From NCBI GenBank assembly GCA_964583825.1, contig CAZOXM010000009.1:6538-70537 (forward strand): 64,000 nt of DNA, written 5' to 3'. Within the stretch, counting starts at the first letter, position 1. Each line of letters begins with the position of its first letter. Source of the stretch: an uncultured Granulosicoccaceae bacterium (lineage in GTDB: Bacteria > Pseudomonadota > Gammaproteobacteria > Granulosicoccales > Granulosicoccaceae). The position numbers were made by a program, and so were the translations under genes. Of this stretch, positions 17,852 through 28,156 are shown piece after piece. The notes beneath the pieces are model-generated. The model saw only the letters and a list, made by a program, of their open reading frames with translations. It was not told the origin of the DNA and ran no database searches.

Positions 17852-18655
17852 GTGGTGTCCGGTCAGACATTTAAACCAACCGCGCCTGACAGTGCATTTA
17901 CAGTGCAGTGCCGTGTTGTGTATGCACTCATGCTGCGGGACGTCAAAAGTCGTTTCGGCGGACGACGTCTGGGGTTTGTCTGGGCCTTACTCGAGCCGTG
18001 TTTTTTTATTGGACTGTTTGTCGCGATCTTCTATTTGATCGGGCGAACCAGCCAGTCAGGGCTTCCATTACCACTGTTTTTCGTGACGGGATTTACACCG
18101 TTTCTGATGTTTAGAAATATCTACATGACTATCTCTGATGAGACGAAAGGCGACAGTCCGATGCTGATGTTTCCGCAGGTGACCCGCATAGATCTGATTG
18201 TGGCAAAAGTCATTGTCAATGTACTGCTCTCGATAACGGTTCTGATCCTATTGTTGAGCGGATGCTATCTGATGGGATTCACTTTTCGCCTCGATAACCC
18301 ACTGGGTGTACTGCGCGCCATGTCGCTGCTGGTGTTAATGGGCCTGGGCCTGGGGCTTGTGATCGGTTCACTTGTCATTCGCTATGAGTTTATTTCCTCG
18401 ATCACACAGGCTTTATTCGGACGACCTTTGCTGTTGACCTCCGGTTTGTTTTTCACTGCCGAGATGTTACCGCCCAAGGCGCGTGAATATCTGCTCTACA
18501 ATCCTTTGCTGCATTTAATTGAATCCCTGCGCAGTGAAATGTTTGAAGGGTTCGGCAGCCGCTATGTGGATCTGCCCTATGCGACGAATTTTGCGATTGT
18601 GCTGGTCGGTTTCGGGTTCATGATGTTGATGTTTTTCGACCGGCAGCGCAGGTAA
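17852..18655 (+). CDS. kpsM: Capsule polysaccharide ABC-2 exporter permease
   Basis: VVYALMLRDVKSRFGGRRLGFVWALLEPCFFI plus six hydrophobic spans, typical of KpsM/ABC-2. Followed by kpsT. Confidence 0.9.
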   Translation: MVSGQTFKPTAPDSAFTVQCRVVYALMLRDVKSRFGGRRLGFVWALLEPCFFIGLFVAIFYLIGRTSQSGLPLPLFFVTGFTPFLMFRNIYMTISDETKGDSPMLMFPQVTRIDLIVAKVIVNVLLSITVLILLLSGCYLMGFTFRLDNPLGVLRAMSLLVLMGLGLGLVIGSLVIRYEFISSITQALFGRPLLLTSGLFFTAEMLPPKAREYLLYNPLLHLIESLRSEMFEGFGSRYVDLPYATNFAIVLVGFGFMMLMFFDRQRR

Positions 18656-18660
18656 TCCAT

Positions 18661-19329
18661 ATGATTGCGCTTGAGCGGGTGACGAAATCCTATGGTCTGG
18701 GCCATCAACAGCATAAGGTGCTTGACGATATCACCTTTACTTTTCCCTATCGTCGCAGTGTCGGCATACTCGGCGCCAACGGCGCTGGTAAAAGCACACT
18801 GATCAAGATCATCGGGGGCGCGGAAAAGCCCGACAAAGGCCGCGTAATACGCGCCAGCCGTTTGTCATGGCCGATGGGATACTCCGGTGGCTTTCAGCGC
18901 ACGCTGACTGCCCGTGAAAACGCACGGTTTGTGGCCAGAATTTACGGCGCTGATTTCAGACAGGTTGAAAAGACCGCCGAGGGTTTTGCCGAGCTTGGTA
19001 AGTATTTTGATCGTCCACTGGAAACCTACTCGGCGGGTATGCGATCGCGTTTTGCGATGGCGGTGAGCTATGCGCTCGATTTCGACTACTATTTGGTGGA
19101 CGAAGCGCTTGAGACCGGTGATGCGAGGCTTAAGGAAAAATTCCGACAGGTGTTTAAGGAGCGCAGGCTGACATCGTCGGTAATTTTGGTATCGCATAAC
19201 GAGCAGACCATTCGCCGCAACTGCGATGTAGCGGCTGTGCTGTTCGACGGGAAACTACACTATTTTGAAAATCTGGATGATGCGTTCTTAATGTATCGGA
19301 AAATAATACTGCGTGAGGATGCGGCATGA
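18661..19329 (+). CDS. kpsT: Capsule polysaccharide ABC exporter ATP-binding protein
   Basis: Walker A GANGAGKST, signature YSAGMRSRF, Walker B YYLVDEAL. 222 aa. Confidence 0.9.
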   Translation: MIALERVTKSYGLGHQQHKVLDDITFTFPYRRSVGILGANGAGKSTLIKIIGGAEKPDKGRVIRASRLSWPMGYSGGFQRTLTARENARFVARIYGADFRQVEKTAEGFAELGKYFDRPLETYSAGMRSRFAMAVSYALDFDYYLVDEALETGDARLKEKFRQVFKERRLTSSVILVSHNEQTIRRNCDVAAVLFDGKLHYFENLDDAFLMYRKIILREDAA

Positions 19330-20414
19330 ATCCGATTGCAATCAGGGTAATATGTGCGGCGATGGTGCCGGTGCTGGTGGCCGCGGTATTCTTCGGCTTT
19401 ATCGCGACTGATCGTTATGTCTCTGAATCGAGTGTTGTGATCCGCAGCGGCTCCTCGCAGTCCGCGGGGTTGTCCCTCGGTGGTCTGCTGCCGCTGCCGG
19501 GCTCCAGTGGTCAGGATGTAGTGGTGGTGGCGGACTACATTTTGTCTTCCCAAATGATCAGCCACCTCAACGACAAACTCGGTCTGGTGGAACACTACAG
19601 TCAGCCGGACATTGATCGCGTGACACGGTTTAATCCTCGCGACAGCTTCGAAGTCTTCCACGATTATATGAAAAACATGATCACGGTTGCCTATGAAGAG
19701 ACCACCGAGATTATCTCTGTCAAGGTGCGCGCATTTACTCCTGAAATGGCTTATGCGATTAATCAGGAAGTCATTGAACAGAGTGAACAGCTGATCAATG
19801 AGTTGTCCAACCGGGTAGTTGAAGACTCGTTGAGTATGGCTGCTCGCGAGGTTGAGATGGCGCTGGAAAATGCCCGGGATATCAGCGGGCGGTTGTCGAC
19901 CTTCGCGTCGGTGAACAATTCACTTGACCCCACGGTCGAATCAAATTCGATTTTAAGCGTGATCGCGTCGCTGGAGGCGAAGCTTGCCGAGGCGCGTGCT
20001 CTTTTTGCGGAAAAATCAGCCTACCTCAGAGAGTCGTCAGCCGAGATGAGATCAATAAAGAATCGCATCGAGGGTCTGAAAACACAGCTGACCCGGGAGC
20101 GCGAAAAAATCACTGTGCCCGGCGAGCAGGGCATGGGCCGATTGCTCGAAGACTACAAACCGCTGCTGGTAGAAGAAGAGTTGTCGAGGCAGCGCTATGC
20201 ATCGGCGCTGCTGGCATTCGAGTCTGCCCGTGCGGATTCGCAGCAGCAGAAACAGTACCTTGAAATGTTTGTAAAACCGAACCTGCCTACTTCATCCACA
20301 GAGCCTGCACGATTGTTTGATGCCATCAGTGCGGTGCTGATCAGTTTTCTGCTCTATGCCATCTTTGCACTGTGCAGAGCAGCCGTCAGGGAGCACATTG
20401 ATTTTGCGAGCTAG
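19326..20414 (+). CDS. kpsE: Capsule export inner-membrane protein (PCP-3 family)
   Basis: N- and C-terminal TM helices flank a long coiled-coil periplasmic region. ATGA overlap with kpsT. Position between kpsT and kpsD. Confidence 0.8.
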   Translation: MNPIAIRVICAAMVPVLVAAVFFGFIATDRYVSESSVVIRSGSSQSAGLSLGGLLPLPGSSGQDVVVVADYILSSQMISHLNDKLGLVEHYSQPDIDRVTRFNPRDSFEVFHDYMKNMITVAYEETTEIISVKVRAFTPEMAYAINQEVIEQSEQLINELSNRVVEDSLSMAAREVEMALENARDISGRLSTFASVNNSLDPTVESNSILSVIASLEAKLAEARALFAEKSAYLRESSAEMRSIKNRIEGLKTQLTREREKITVPGEQGMGRLLEDYKPLLVEEELSRQRYASALLAFESARADSQQQKQYLEMFVKPNLPTSSTEPARLFDAISAVLISFLLYAIFALCRAAVREHIDFAS

Positions 20415-20421
20415 AAACCAC

Positions 20422-22062
20422 GTGAAAATTGCTTCGTTGTTTTTGTTGCTGGTGTCGCTTGTGCCCGCGATGTTGGCGGCACAGCAGATGGCGGAAATTG
20501 AAGTCGCTACCGGTGAAGAACCAGTCAGCAGCCTGCTTGAAACCGGTGATGACACCCAGCTGGGAAAAATAAGAAACAATCTGGAGCCGTTCGGACACAC
20601 GCTTTTTTCCGGTGGCTTTGGCGTCTCTGAAAGCAGTGGGCTGAATGGAGACTATCTGGTCAGCACCGGTGACAGAATCTCGGTAAGAATCTGGGGTGCA
20701 ACTGTATTTGAGTCCGTTGAAGTGGTGGATACGCAGGGCAACATTTTCATTCCCGATGTCGGACCCGTGCGGCTGGGCGGTATCCCGAACCGCTCGGTCA
20801 ACAGCACGGTAAAAAATGCAATCGCACAAGTGTATACCAGAGATGTAGAGGTCTATACCAATCTGTTGACGGCGCAGACTGCTGATGTTTATGTCACTGG
20901 TTTTGTAAAGAAGCCCGGTAAGTATTCAGGCATGCCGACAAGCTCCGTGCTGCATTATATTGACAGGGCGGGTGGCATCGATGAGCGCAGCGGGAGCTTT
21001 CGCAATATCCAGGTTGTTCGCAATTCGAAAGTAATTTCCACGATCGATCTCTACCGGTTTATCGAGAGCGGTGAGATCGCAGATATCGTGTTGAAAGACG
21101 GTGATGCCATTGTGGTAAAGCCGTTGATGAACACGGTCTATGTGCAGGGAGAGGTGGCCCGGCCGTTCCGCTTTGAATTTGAAGAATCCACGCTCAGCGC
21201 GGACGCTATAGTTGCGCTCGCTGCCCCCTTTTCCGGTGTGACGCATGTGGCGATCAGTACTGTTAACGGCGGTCAGAGTGTTTTTGATTATGTCACCCTC
21301 GACTCTCTTGCCGATCTCTCTATCGGCAATGGAGATGTATTGACGTTTAAGTCGGATTTAAATGATAAAAATATCACCATCAATGTCAGTGGCATGTATT
21401 CCGGCCCGTCGGCATTAACGGTCAATCGTCGGGCAACACTCAGGCAGGTACTGGACCTCATAGAAGTGGACCCTGAGATGAGCGCTTATCAAAGCATTTA
21501 CATGAAGCGCAAAAGCATTGCAGACAGACAAAAATCATCAATACAGGACAGTTTGCGACGGTTGGAAGCAGAGTTTTTGACGGCATCATCAAGTACCGAT
21601 ACCGAATCGCGGATTCGGGCGCAGGAAGCTCAGCTGATCTCCGACTTTGTCAATAAAATGACCCACGTGGAACCCCACGGCACACTGGTCGTGGCTGAGC
21701 GTGGAGAGATAGCAGATATCGCGCTGGAAAACGACGATACCATTGTGATTCCGCGTCAGTCGCCAACTGTACTGGTGACCGGAGAAGTGCGCCTGCCGCG
21801 CGCGTTTTTGTGGCGCACTGGCGCCAGACCCGGTGACTACATCAAGCAGGCGGGCGGCTTTTCCAACAACGCCAATCGCGATCTGGTGTTGCTGGTCAAG
21901 CAGGACGGGCGGGTGGTCGAAGCTGATGCGGACAAGGTGGAATCGGGTGATGAACTTATCGTGCTGCCGCGAGCACCGACAAAAAACCTGCAACTCGCCA
22001 CCAGTATTACGGACATCCTCTACAAGATTGCGGTCGCCACCTCGGTCGCGCTGAAGCTGTAA
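20422..22062 (+). CDS. kpsD: Outer-membrane/periplasmic polysaccharide export protein (OPX, KpsD/Wza-like)
   Basis: Poly_export-type motif YLVSTGDRISVRIWGATVFESVEVVDTQGNIFIPDVGPVRLGG plus repeated SLBB-like segments. GTG 20422 gives the signal peptide (V)KIASLFLLLVSLVPAMLAA. The ORF-track start 20356 would overlap kpsE by 59 nt. Confidence 0.85.
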   Translation: MKIASLFLLLVSLVPAMLAAQQMAEIEVATGEEPVSSLLETGDDTQLGKIRNNLEPFGHTLFSGGFGVSESSGLNGDYLVSTGDRISVRIWGATVFESVEVVDTQGNIFIPDVGPVRLGGIPNRSVNSTVKNAIAQVYTRDVEVYTNLLTAQTADVYVTGFVKKPGKYSGMPTSSVLHYIDRAGGIDERSGSFRNIQVVRNSKVISTIDLYRFIESGEIADIVLKDGDAIVVKPLMNTVYVQGEVARPFRFEFEESTLSADAIVALAAPFSGVTHVAISTVNGGQSVFDYVTLDSLADLSIGNGDVLTFKSDLNDKNITINVSGMYSGPSALTVNRRATLRQVLDLIEVDPEMSAYQSIYMKRKSIADRQKSSIQDSLRRLEAEFLTASSSTDTESRIRAQEAQLISDFVNKMTHVEPHGTLVVAERGEIADIALENDDTIVIPRQSPTVLVTGEVRLPRAFLWRTGARPGDYIKQAGGFSNNANRDLVLLVKQDGRVVEADADKVESGDELIVLPRAPTKNLQLATSITDILYKIAVATSVALKL

Positions 22063-22403
22063 ACGGCCACCGGGGTGTAGCCCCGCTCCGTGGCCGTATC
22101 AATCGCGCACTGACCGCGTGACACCTGCCCTGTGGATACGCTGCGCGACCCTGTATTTCTGTTTGATATCCGGATCGCTAGACCCGATTCAGTCGATTGA
22201 TCGACTTTTCGTGCCCTGCCGACAGGCTGGACCTTTTTTTGCCAACTCAAACAGGTTGCCGCGGCAAGGAGATTGCGAGTATCGGGCCGCGCCGGACTGA
22301 GGTGAGACATGTCGGGGCGTGGATAAATAATGAGAACTGCCGGGCGCAGGATGTTGTGTGCCGATCGGCCGTAACCACCCTCGGATGCAGACGACGGGTG
22401 CGG

Positions 22404-24713
22404 ATGCTTGCAGAAAGAATGAGTCAGATCGCGTCTAAAATAAAAAAAATAACGCAGCTCGTCGCGCCGATGGCACGCTCCCATCCGCGACTCACGCCGA
22501 AGAATGATATCTCTCCGAAGACTACCGGAAATACCGGCACGTGGACTTCGTCAGGTGACGATCCGCAGTTCTATTTCAAGTTGCCCAGTGTGCGGGCGCC
22601 CGCCGGCTGGTTCATGTTCACGATAGAGATCGCCGGCGCCAGTGCCAGAGATGAGGCGCGCATTTACCTCGATCGCGGTGAAGGCTTCAGCGAACTCGAT
22701 TCCTTTGCGATTCCCTATCATTCACAAAAACTGGCCAAGCGACTGCTGAAGTTGCCGGGCGATGTGCGGCGTCTGCGCTTTGACCCGCAGAGCTGCTCCG
22801 GGGATTTCACTATCAGCCAGTTTTCGCTGACTGCGGTAACTGCCGGTTTCGCCGAGACCAGGATGCTGACAAAGTTGATGCATTGCGCGCTGGCGCAGAA
22901 TTATCAGTCGATCGAAGCTACCCAGGCCGATATTGTTCAGCAGTCGGCGCGAACCGGCCAGTCCTATCAGTCCCTGCTGCAACGACAATATGCCGCGCTT
23001 TTTTCCGATTCGGTATTCGAAGAGAGCTATGATGAGTGGATTATCAGAGTCGAGCAACCGTCACTGCCATCTGCTGAAGAGGTGGAAAGACTGCATGCGC
23101 GAGACGGTTGCCCGCTGATCAGTGTGTTAATGCCAACCTTTAACAGTGACTGTGAGCTACTTGAAGCGGCGATTGAATCTGTCGTGCAGCAAAGCTACGG
23201 GCACTGGCAGTTATGCATATCCGACGGCGGTTCCTCCGACCCGGAAGTACTGGATTTGCTCAGCCGCTTTGCCGCGCGGGACGATCGTATTCGAGTCACT
23301 TTCCAGTCCGAACCTGCGGCGATTGCCGAAAACACCAATTTTGCACTCGCGCTGGCAGAGGGTGACTATTGTGTTTTTCTGGATCATGATGATTTGCTCG
23401 CACCGCATGCGATGTATGAGTTTGCCAGTGTGCTGACAGATCAGAAGGGGTTAAAGCTGGTCTACTCCGATGAAGACAAGATCGATGAAAACGGCAGCCG
23501 TTCAGAGCCGCATTTCAAACCGGACTGGAATCCTGATCTGCTGCTCTCACAAAACTATATCTGCCATCTGGTTGCCATCAGGCGCGATTTGCTGCTCAGC
23601 TGCGGGGGTTGCCGCAGTGGCTATCAGGGCGCGCAGGATCACGACCTGTTGCTTCGGGTAACTCATGCGATTTCAGCGGATGAGGTGTATCACATTCCCA
23701 AAGTACTTTATCACTGGCGTGCCATCGACGGGTCAACCGCTGCCAGTGCCGCCGCTAAGGATTATTCAACCAATAGCGGCGTTGCAGCGATTCAGGACTA
23801 CGTAGATCAGGTCGATGAGAGAGCGACCGTGGAGCCCGGGAAATATCCGAATACTTATCGGGTAGTCTGGGGTATTCCCGATGAAGCGCCACTGGTCAGC
23901 ATCATTATTCCCACCCGGGACCGATGCGATATTCTCTCGCAGTGTATAGACAGTGTTATTGCACGCACGGATTATCCAAATTACGAGATTATCGTGGTCG
24001 ACAACGAATCAGTCGAGCCAGCCACACTTGAGTATCTGAAGCGTATTGAAACTGACGAAAAAATCCGCGTACTGCCGCATCGTGGTGTGTTTAATTATTC
24101 TGCAATAAACAACCGCGCGGTACGCGAAGCGCGCGGCAGCGTCATTACGCTGATGAATAATGATATTGAAGTAATCAACCGCGACTGGTTGCGGGAAATG
24201 GTGAGCCACGCGATCCGACCCGGCATCGGCTGTGTCGGTGCCAAGTTGCTTTATAGAAATAACCAGGTGCAACACGGCGGGGTTATTTTGGGAATAGGGG
24301 GCGTGGCAGGCCATGCGCACAAGTATTTTGACGCGGACGCCGCCGGCTATTTTTCACGATTGCATCTTACCCAGAATCTGTCGGCAGTGACGGCAGCCTG
24401 CCTCACGGTTAGAAAGCACACTTACCTCAGCGTGGGTGGATTGAACGACAGTGATCTGAAGGTGGCGTTTAACGATGTGGATTTTTGTCTGAAGGTTGCG
24501 GCACTCGGGTTTAAGAACGTATGGACGCCCTATGCGCTCTTGTACCACCACGAGTCCATCAGCAGGGGCCATGACAATACTCCGGAAAAGAAGAACCGGT
24601 TTATCAACGAGGCTGTGTACATGCAGGACCGCTGGGGAAAACAGCTGATGCAGGACCCAGCCTACAACTGTAATTTAACACTGGCTCATGAAGACTTTTC
24701 AATGGCGGCCTAA
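22404..24713 (+). CDS. Bifunctional glycosyltransferase with two GT2 (GT-A) modules, about 769 aa (start uncertain: ATG 22404 or 22419)
   Basis: Module 1: ISVLMPTFNSDCELLEAAIESVVQQSY...VFLDHDDLLAP. Module 2: VSIIIPTRDRCDILSQCIDSVIARTDYPNYEIIVVDNES...LMNNDIEV. The first ~70 codons of the 838-aa ORF look non-coding. Confidence 0.8.
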   Translation: MLAERMSQIASKIKKITQLVAPMARSHPRLTPKNDISPKTTGNTGTWTSSGDDPQFYFKLPSVRAPAGWFMFTIEIAGASARDEARIYLDRGEGFSELDSFAIPYHSQKLAKRLLKLPGDVRRLRFDPQSCSGDFTISQFSLTAVTAGFAETRMLTKLMHCALAQNYQSIEATQADIVQQSARTGQSYQSLLQRQYAALFSDSVFEESYDEWIIRVEQPSLPSAEEVERLHARDGCPLISVLMPTFNSDCELLEAAIESVVQQSYGHWQLCISDGGSSDPEVLDLLSRFAARDDRIRVTFQSEPAAIAENTNFALALAEGDYCVFLDHDDLLAPHAMYEFASVLTDQKGLKLVYSDEDKIDENGSRSEPHFKPDWNPDLLLSQNYICHLVAIRRDLLLSCGGCRSGYQGAQDHDLLLRVTHAISADEVYHIPKVLYHWRAIDGSTAASAAAKDYSTNSGVAAIQDYVDQVDERATVEPGKYPNTYRVVWGIPDEAPLVSIIIPTRDRCDILSQCIDSVIARTDYPNYEIIVVDNESVEPATLEYLKRIETDEKIRVLPHRGVFNYSAINNRAVREARGSVITLMNNDIEVINRDWLREMVSHAIRPGIGCVGAKLLYRNNQVQHGGVILGIGGVAGHAHKYFDADAAGYFSRLHLTQNLSAVTAACLTVRKHTYLSVGGLNDSDLKVAFNDVDFCLKVAALGFKNVWTPYALLYHHESISRGHDNTPEKKNRFINEAVYMQDRWGKQLMQDPAYNCNLTLAHEDFSMAA

Positions 24714-24797
24714 GCGCGGATGATCAATGATGGTGGCCGCAGCTGTGTCGGCATCATTGGCTGAATAACATAATAAAACACCTGAACAATATACTGC

Positions 24798-25775
24798 ATG
24801 CAATTTCCGATAATCTACCTGCATATACCCAAAACAGCCGGCACCAGCTTCAGGCGGAGTGCTGAGCAATACTTTGGCCCGCGCCAGGTACTCAATGATT
24901 ACGGTGAGAAATCACCTAACACGTCTGAAGATATCCGTACAGCCGTCTACAGCAACACGGATTTGAATGCGTTGCGTGAAGCCGGATTAAAGAAGAACTT
25001 CCTGACCGGCCACTTTATTCTTGCCAAGTACCGGGAAATTTTCCCGGATTCACCTGTGGTTTCTTTTTTCCGCGATCCGGTAGACCGGGTGATCTCGGAG
25101 TATTTTCATTTTTCCTCGCACTACGGGTTCGAAGGAAACCTTAAGGATTTTTACAGCAAACCCCATTTTCAAAATCGACAGTCAAGGTCGATGTCGGGTG
25201 CGATGCCGACCGAGCTGGACTTCTTCGGCATTACTGAACGCTACGAAGAGAGCCTGCAGCTCTTTAATCGCAGATACGGAACGAAGTTTCCGATGGCCAA
25301 GCTAAATACCGGAAGGTATTCATGTGGCACCAGAGAACTTGCCAGTGCACAGGACATTGAACAGATCAAATTGTTGAACCAGAAAGACATTGAGCTTTAC
25401 GAATGCGCGCTGCAGACATTTTCGGCACAGCGTTCCAGGTCCGGTATTTCGATGCCGACGGCCAGGCGATACAGCGGTAATCTGGGCGGAATGAGGGATG
25501 ATGAGATATACGGGTGGATGGTCGACCGTGAGTCGGAAAGTCCGGCCACTATCCGGGTAGCGGTCAATGGTGAGATCCGCCATACACAGATCGCCAGCCT
25601 TTATCGGGAAGATCTGATGCGTCAGGGCGTGCATGTCGATGGCACCTGCGGGTTCAGGGTGCCGCTGGAAAAGCTTGGCGGGATCAAGCCCGGAGATCGC
25701 ATATCCGTGCAGACCGACGATGGAAAGTATGAAGCGGCAAACAGCCCCCTGATAGTTAGCACCCGGGCTGCATAA
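24798..25775 (+). CDS. Sulfotransferase-family protein, 325 aa
   Basis: N-terminal IYLHIPKTAGTSFRR loop equals the PAPS 5'-phosphosulfate-binding PKxGT(S/T) motif of the Sulfotransfer_2 type. FFRDPVDRVISEYFH follows, as in that family. Confidence 0.7.
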   Translation: MQFPIIYLHIPKTAGTSFRRSAEQYFGPRQVLNDYGEKSPNTSEDIRTAVYSNTDLNALREAGLKKNFLTGHFILAKYREIFPDSPVVSFFRDPVDRVISEYFHFSSHYGFEGNLKDFYSKPHFQNRQSRSMSGAMPTELDFFGITERYEESLQLFNRRYGTKFPMAKLNTGRYSCGTRELASAQDIEQIKLLNQKDIELYECALQTFSAQRSRSGISMPTARRYSGNLGGMRDDEIYGWMVDRESESPATIRVAVNGEIRHTQIASLYREDLMRQGVHVDGTCGFRVPLEKLGGIKPGDRISVQTDDGKYEAANSPLIVSTRAA

Positions 25776-25780
25776 TAAAC

Positions 25781-26728
25781 GTGTTGCGAACTCTTCCCAC
25801 TTCAAATGTTCCGGTAAAGTACTGGCTCAGAGCCGAGCCGGGGGCCGTTTACCAGGCGTTCCGCCAGATGGTGCGCACCGGTAATCTGAGTGTGGAACAG
25901 TTGCACCGGATTCGGGCCAATGGTTGTACAAAAAAGGACAGGGAACTCGCGTATTACCTGAGCTCACTTTATCTGTTGCTCGATGCGAAGGAGGCGGCGA
26001 ATGAGGTGCTCAGCGGAATAAAGCCGGGTGCTGAAATGTGTCGCTACTTTGCCGTGCTGCAGCACTGCTATGCGCAAGCATTGCCCATGCCCGGCCTGAA
26101 CCTGAAGCAGGAACAGGCACTTGCTAATATTACCGCGAAGTGTCGCCCGGAAAGTCATCTATTGCAGCGCATCGAGCAGGCCGGTGGTTTTTCGGTCGTT
26201 GGCAATGCGCCGGTCGGGCGGGTAGTGTCAAAAAGAAATGATCTGTGTACTTTTTATTTCAACCACTACCTGAAAAACGCGGCTATTGAGGGTATTGCAT
26301 CAGTCCACGTAGTCACACCTTCATGGCGTGATCTGTCCGGTGTGCGCAGCGATGCGCTGCTGATTAGTGGCAATGCCATCTTTCATCGACGCAGCCGGGT
26401 GTGGGAGCGCTTTCATCAAATGGGTTGTGTGAATGCGATCTACACTGTGCCGGTGCCATATTGGGCGGAATTGTTTGCAGCACTCAGTGCCAGCCCGACT
26501 GCCGGATTACTGGTGCTGCACTGGCTCAGTAAACTGGTCGGTGCCAATCGCAGCGGTCCCGCGCTTGCCGGGCACGTTGCCGGCTTTTCACCGGACAAGC
26601 CCAGCGCCAATCACAACTACAATCGCGAGAAGCTCTCCCCCCGTCACAACTGGGTTCTGGAGCCGCAACTGGTCGAGCGTATCGTTGAAAGTCTGCGCCA
26701 TGATTGCAGGTTCCAGGCTGCCGCCTGA
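25781..26728 (+). CDS. Hypothetical protein with sialyltransferase-like motifs (possible GT29/GT42-like glycosyltransferase), 315 aa
   Basis: FSVVGNAPV (compare xxGNGPS of bacterial sialyltransferases) and, about 110 aa later, SPTAGLLVLHWL...VAGFS...NHNY (compare the P-S/T-x-G...GF...HYY of sialyl motif S). Recognition by eye only. Confidence 0.45.
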   Translation: MLRTLPTSNVPVKYWLRAEPGAVYQAFRQMVRTGNLSVEQLHRIRANGCTKKDRELAYYLSSLYLLLDAKEAANEVLSGIKPGAEMCRYFAVLQHCYAQALPMPGLNLKQEQALANITAKCRPESHLLQRIEQAGGFSVVGNAPVGRVVSKRNDLCTFYFNHYLKNAAIEGIASVHVVTPSWRDLSGVRSDALLISGNAIFHRRSRVWERFHQMGCVNAIYTVPVPYWAELFAALSASPTAGLLVLHWLSKLVGANRSGPALAGHVAGFSPDKPSANHNYNREKLSPRHNWVLEPQLVERIVESLRHDCRFQAAA

Positions 26729-26860
26729 CACTGCCACATAACGTCCAGCGCCTGCCCGCAGGCCTCGCAGGGCTTAGTACAAACTATGCGAAATGAGGTA
26801 GGCTCGCGGCATGGCAAGTGAATTTCCGCGAAGCCCCCCAGTGTCCTTTCCCTTCCTTCG

Positions 26861-28057
26861 ATGATGGCTGTGGCTGACCGCCCGTGCAGTCGATGGAAGG
26901 CAATACTGCTGTTGGCAACCGGTCAAACCGTGGTGTGGGCGACCCTGTTTTACGTGTTCCCTGCGATGATAGTGCGTTGGGAATCTATTTACAGTTGGTC
27001 GAAGGTGCAGCTGACGGGTGCCATTACACTTGCATTGCTGGCGTCTGCGTTTTCATCTCCCGCTGTGGGCAGACTGATAGACCGGGGATACGGGCCGCGG
27101 GTGCTCTCCCTTGGAGCGGCCTCGGGTGCGGTTGTTCTGTACGGCTTGTCGTGGGTCACGCTGCTGTGGCAGTTTTATCTTTTGTGGGCAGTGATGGGAG
27201 TTGCTCTGGCGGCGTGTCTGTATGAGCCGTGTTTTATGCTGGTGACGCGGGCCTATGGCAGCGATGCAAAAAGATCCATTATTGCGATCACTTTGATTGC
27301 TGGTTTTGCAAGCAGCATCAGCTTTCCGGCGGCGTACTTTCTCACCCTGACCTTCGGCTGGCAATCTGTGTTGTGGTGCTTCAGTGCCGCTGCGTTTTTT
27401 ATCGGCGCGCCGGCGTTGTTCATCGGCGGCAATCTGGTCGAGCAGCACCTGGGGTCGCAGACGGAGAATCAGGTACGGCATGAGCGCCTGCGTCTGCGCG
27501 ACTTCCCACTGATGGTACGCCTCGGCGTCTGTTTTTCATTGCTGGCGGTGGTGCACGGTGCCACGCTGCATCACCTGCTGGCGATACTGGATGACCGGGT
27601 GCTGTCTGTGGCGAACGCAGTGCTGGTGGCGAGTTTAATTGGACCCATGCAGGTGGCCGGTCGGCTGGTGGTGACGATATTGCAAAACCGGGTAACTCAC
27701 GCGTTTATTGCGCAAAGCTGTTTTCTGGTGATCGGCTTATCGATGGCGCTGTTGTTTTTCTCCGGTACCGGGCTGGCGGTGGCGGTGCTTTTTTCGATTC
27801 TGTTTGGCGGCAGCTATGGTCTGGTGAGTATCATCCGGCCGGTGATTGCGCGCGACATTCTCGGGGACGAACGTTTTGGCATAAAATCGGGCTACCTGGC
27901 CTTTTTCTATCTGATCGGTTCTGCTGTTTCCCCCTACCTCGGCTCGTTAGTGTGGCGACTGGGTGGCTATGATCTGCTGATTCCCCTGCTGGCCGTCCTG
28001 TCGCTAACCGGTTTAGTGGCTATTCGACGCGTCGTCGCAGAGGCGATCGGCGGGTAG
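26861..28057 (+). CDS. MFS transporter, 398 aa
   Basis: About 12 hydrophobic spans. GRLIDRGYGPR loop after TM2 (the MFS G-x-L-x-D-R-x-G-x-R motif). Confidence 0.8.
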   Translation: MMAVADRPCSRWKAILLLATGQTVVWATLFYVFPAMIVRWESIYSWSKVQLTGAITLALLASAFSSPAVGRLIDRGYGPRVLSLGAASGAVVLYGLSWVTLLWQFYLLWAVMGVALAACLYEPCFMLVTRAYGSDAKRSIIAITLIAGFASSISFPAAYFLTLTFGWQSVLWCFSAAAFFIGAPALFIGGNLVEQHLGSQTENQVRHERLRLRDFPLMVRLGVCFSLLAVVHGATLHHLLAILDDRVLSVANAVLVASLIGPMQVAGRLVVTILQNRVTHAFIAQSCFLVIGLSMALLFFSGTGLAVAVLFSILFGGSYGLVSIIRPVIARDILGDERFGIKSGYLAFFYLIGSAVSPYLGSLVWRLGGYDLLIPLLAVLSLTGLVAIRRVVAEAIGG

Positions 28058-28156
28058 CGCGCAGACGCTAGCCAAGTGCGCAGTTCTGCGCAATCGGGCA
28101 CGATAATTGGCTTGCATCGTGCTCAATATTTTGACTGTCTCCCGAGAGTATTCCCG

